A stretch of 64,000 nucleotides of DNA from an uncultured cyanobacterium (GTDB lineage: Bacteria > Cyanobacteriota > Cyanobacteriia > Pseudanabaenales > Pseudanabaenaceae): positions 992,001-1,056,000 of the forward strand of contig OY969811.1 of the NCBI GenBank assembly GCA_963703315.1, in the 5' to 3' direction. A model generated the notes under the pieces. That model was not told the origin of the DNA and did not search any database. It saw only the letters and a list, made by a program, of their open reading frames with translations. Of this stretch, positions 61,079-64,000 are shown piece after piece (within the stretch, counting starts at the first letter, position 1; every line of letters begins with the position of its first letter). The position numbers and the translations under genes are program-made.

Positions 61079-63577
61079 TTAGTGAGGGTTGGTGATTAAA
61101 GGCTCAGTGAGGTCGATTAATTTTTCAAATTGGAAGTTACGTGCCAATTTGATTAGCGATCGCACTAAAAAAGTCTCTGTTTCTGGGATTTCCCCAATTA
61201 AGTTTATAACAATTGTCCTATCTGCTTCAAGAGAAGATATATATAATTGCATAATCCAGCTATCTGGCATAACTTTTAAATTTTCAGAGGTTAGAGATAT
61301 CTCTGGCGAAAAATTTATCGCATTTTCATGGGGCTGAAGGCTTTCGTAGGTATATTTCACCCCAAGATGTTTAGCAAGAGTATCAAAAATCATTTGCTCT
61401 CGAAAAGGTTTGCGAATGAAATCGTCACATCCTGCGGAAATGACGATCGCTTTTTCTTCTTCTAAAACACTGGCAGTAAGGGCAATGACCGCAGTGGCAT
61501 TACCCTTAATCGTGGACTTAATATACTTAGTAGCTTCGTATCCATCCATGACAGGCATTCGCATATCCATCCAGATTAAGTTCGGCTCCCACTGATCCCA
61601 GATCGCGATCGCCTCTTGACCATCGTGAGCTTCTTTAACATCAAAGCCCATCGGACTTAGTAATTTAACTAGTAATTGGCGGTTAGTAGATTTATCATCC
61701 ACGACTAGAATTTTGTAAGTGGGTTGATCAGGGGCAAGCGCCAATGTACGATTTTTTTCAGCATGATCAGGAATTAACTTTATGCCTAATTGAGCCTGAA
61801 TCTGAAATTGGAAAGTTGTACCTTGCCCAAGTTCGCTGGTGACGGAAATATCACCTCCCATCAACTGCACAAAACTGCGACTAATTGCTAGACCTAATCC
61901 TGTACCTTCTTGCTTTTCTCGCCCTGCCTGAGCCTGAGAAAAAGACACAAATAATTGAGATAATTCTTCAGGAGCAATGCCGACACCTGTATCACAAATG
62001 CTGAAATTAAGCACACATTGATTGTCGGTCGTGTTTTCGGATGTTGATGATGTGGTTGGCGATTTTAGAGGATTGGCATTAGATAAACTCACAATAATTG
62101 AACCCTCTTTAGTAAATTTAATCGCATTGCCAATTAAGTTAAGTAAAACTTGACGTAGCTTGACTTGATCGGTGCAGATAAATCTCGGTACATCGCGATC
62201 GCAATCAAACATCAGGTTTAACCCTGCATTAGTAGCACGTAGTTGGAGCATATCTTCCACGTCATCCAACAACTGCATCAGATCAAAAGTCTGAATATTC
62301 AGGGTTGTTTTGCCTGCTTCAATCTTAGATAAATCAAGAATATTATTAATTAGTGTTAATAAATAATCACCACTACGATTAATAATGCTGGCATTTTCAT
62401 AATGTTCGTCAGCTAGATTTTTAGCCCGCATCATTAACTGCGAAAATCCAATCACAGCATTGAGAGGCGATCGCAATTCATGGCTCATATTGGCAATAAA
62501 AGTACTTTTGGCTTGATTAGCTGCCTCTGCCTTAGCCGCTAGTTCTAGAGCTTTCGCTTCACTTTGTTGTAAGTCCATCGTCCGATCGAGAACACGCCTT
62601 TCTAGGTCAGTATTAGCTCTCTGCAAACTCAAATTTGCTTGCTTATTTTCATCAACAATCGCCAAGATCGCCAAGGTCATAATCGAAATCACCCCCATAA
62701 AGATTTGTAATAGCAGCAGCGAATCTCCCGCAGTAATCGCTTTATAAAATATCCCAAACTTATTAGAAGTAGCGATCGAAGCTGTCATCGATATAAACAT
62801 GACAAACAAAGTCGTCAGTCTATGACCAAAGCGAAAAGCTGACCAAATTAATGGCGGTAACAGCAGGTATTCAAGGGGTTGAGCTTCGTAAAAAGAGAAA
62901 TAGGCAATCACAATTATGCTTAGAAAAACGACTACGACTTCCCAACTAAGATAGGATTTGATCTGCTCTTTCTGTTTTGGTTGTAGCCATGTTAGAGCCA
63001 GCGAAGCAAAGATTAACACGCCGACCGAATCACCAATCCACCAAGGAAGTAAGAAGTTTGTAATAAAATTAGCACCTTCATACCTCCTAGTTAGGGCATA
63101 AACACCAACTCCAGTTATAGTTTGGAGGATAGTCCCACTAAATATAGAACAAAGTACAAATGTCACTACATGGCGAACCTTAAGCAATGGATATCTGGTA
63201 TGGGTAAACTTTAAAATCAGAGAAACTGTGATCAATGTGCCGATTGTGGAACCGATCGCCGCTCCTGAGGCGGGTATTACAACTTTCAACCAGTTTCGGT
63301 GTAGATTGAATAGCAATATTCCACAAAACATTCCTAACCATCGCGATCGCCCAAAAAACAGAAGTAAGCCCACATTTAGCCCAGATCCTGGCCAGACAGG
63401 AGAAGGTCCAAAGGTTGAGAAAATAGTGTTAGCTGCAAACCAAGATGATACAAAATAGGCAACTGCAATGCAAGCTGATTCAATCCACCAGCGTAGATTA
63501 TGTACTTCTATCCCTAGCCTTGACAAATTCCACTGAGGGATATTATTTTTTTGAGCAGACGATTTGTTGCTTTCCAT
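61079..63577 (-). CDS. MASE1-domain hybrid sensor histidine kinase
   Basis: TM region with SPVWP / WWIGD, MSHELRSPL, NLIGNAIKFT, GTGLGL, receiver WMDMRMP. Confidence 0.9.
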   Translation of the reverse strand: MESNKSSAQKNNIPQWNLSRLGIEVHNLRWWIESACIAVAYFVSSWFAANTIFSTFGPSPVWPGSGLNVGLLLFFGRSRWLGMFCGILLFNLHRNWLKVVIPASGAAIGSTIGTLITVSLILKFTHTRYPLLKVRHVVTFVLCSIFSGTILQTITGVGVYALTRRYEGANFITNFLLPWWIGDSVGVLIFASLALTWLQPKQKEQIKSYLSWEVVVVFLSIIVIAYFSFYEAQPLEYLLLPPLIWSAFRFGHRLTTLFVMFISMTASIATSNKFGIFYKAITAGDSLLLLQIFMGVISIMTLAILAIVDENKQANLSLQRANTDLERRVLDRTMDLQQSEAKALELAAKAEAANQAKSTFIANMSHELRSPLNAVIGFSQLMMRAKNLADEHYENASIINRSGDYLLTLINNILDLSKIEAGKTTLNIQTFDLMQLLDDVEDMLQLRATNAGLNLMFDCDRDVPRFICTDQVKLRQVLLNLIGNAIKFTKEGSIIVSLSNANPLKSPTTSSTSENTTDNQCVLNFSICDTGVGIAPEELSQLFVSFSQAQAGREKQEGTGLGLAISRSFVQLMGGDISVTSELGQGTTFQFQIQAQLGIKLIPDHAEKNRTLALAPDQPTYKILVVDDKSTNRQLLVKLLSPMGFDVKEAHDGQEAIAIWDQWEPNLIWMDMRMPVMDGYEATKYIKSTIKGNATAVIALTASVLEEEKAIVISAGCDDFIRKPFREQMIFDTLAKHLGVKYTYESLQPHENAINFSPEISLTSENLKVMPDSWIMQLYISSLEADRTIVINLIGEIPETETFLVRSLIKLARNFQFEKLIDLTEPLITNPH

Positions 63578-63722
63578 TGCAGCTATTCCTTTTTAACTAA
63601 AGACAGGTTTTTATACCAATTGACAAAAGTGTGACCACACTTTTGTCAATCAAAAAACAAACCCAGTAAGGCTTTTTAAAAATAAAAATAGCGTAGCCAT
63701 TTTTATTTTTGGTATTAAGTAG

Positions 63723-64000
63723 CTAAATCCGTTCAGCTAGCTCCAGCCAACGCTCGGTAGACTTGTCGATCGCCTCAGTGAGTTCTGCTAAGCGCTTGGA
63801 CAACTTCTGTAACTCTGTATGACCATTGGGTGGGTTGTGATAGAGCATCTTCTCAAGTTGACTTTTTTCTGATTCCAGTTGGGGAATTTTTGCTTCTAGT
63901 TCCTCATACTCACGCTTCTCTTTGTAAGAAAGTTGCGAGGGCTTTTTGGGTTCGGATTTTGGAGATTCTGTCACAGGTGCAGCAGCATTAGACTTCTGCT
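63723..64000 (-). CDS. ABC-F ATPase (Uup-like), C-terminal part only
   Basis: LSYKEKREYEELEAKIPQLE...ERWLELAE; the frame is open to the window end. Confidence 0.8.
   Translation of the reverse strand, partial: QKSNAAAPVTESPKSEPKKPSQLSYKEKREYEELEAKIPQLESEKSQLEKMLYHNPPNGHTELQKLSKRLAELTEAIDKSTERWLELAERI

Larger units (their letters stand above)
1..64000. repeat. HIP1 octamer (GCGATCGC) dispersed through the window
   Basis: Many dozens of copies in core genes; none seen by eye in 4976-6758, in the IS, in 55489-57164 or in 57533-58243. Confidence 0.95.

Overview
Cyanobacterial chromosomal window. HIP1 octamers (GCGATCGC) are dense, and pcyA, chlI, ndhF1 and a cyAbrB gene are present; the repeat style suggests a Pseudanabaena-like genome (inference). 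Most of it is housekeeping: crtE, folD, hypFCD, coaBC, murG, pcyA, chlI, thiL, argC, pnp, ndhF, tRNA-Ser(CGA), polA, gatB. Small accessory or defence cassettes and many REP/MITE-like palindromes are interspersed. Main points: (1) An orphan CRISPR-like mini-array at about 58437-58657, whose 'spacers' are related hairpins, lies upstream of a HEPN-like gene, an orphan YefM and an ABC-ATPase/TOPRIM-like pair. (2) A toxin-antitoxin islet at about 27.2-31.2 kb is bracketed by two synonymous-divergent copies of a radical SAM gene 5' end, and contains an ISAs1-disrupted relE and a collapsed restriction-modification gene. (3) Several gene remnants break exactly at HIP1 sites. (4) A candidate ~350-nt structured RNA lies between pcyA and chlI. 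(5) REP-like palindromes are translated in frame inside hypF and polA. All family assignments come from motif recognition by eye; no database search was run.
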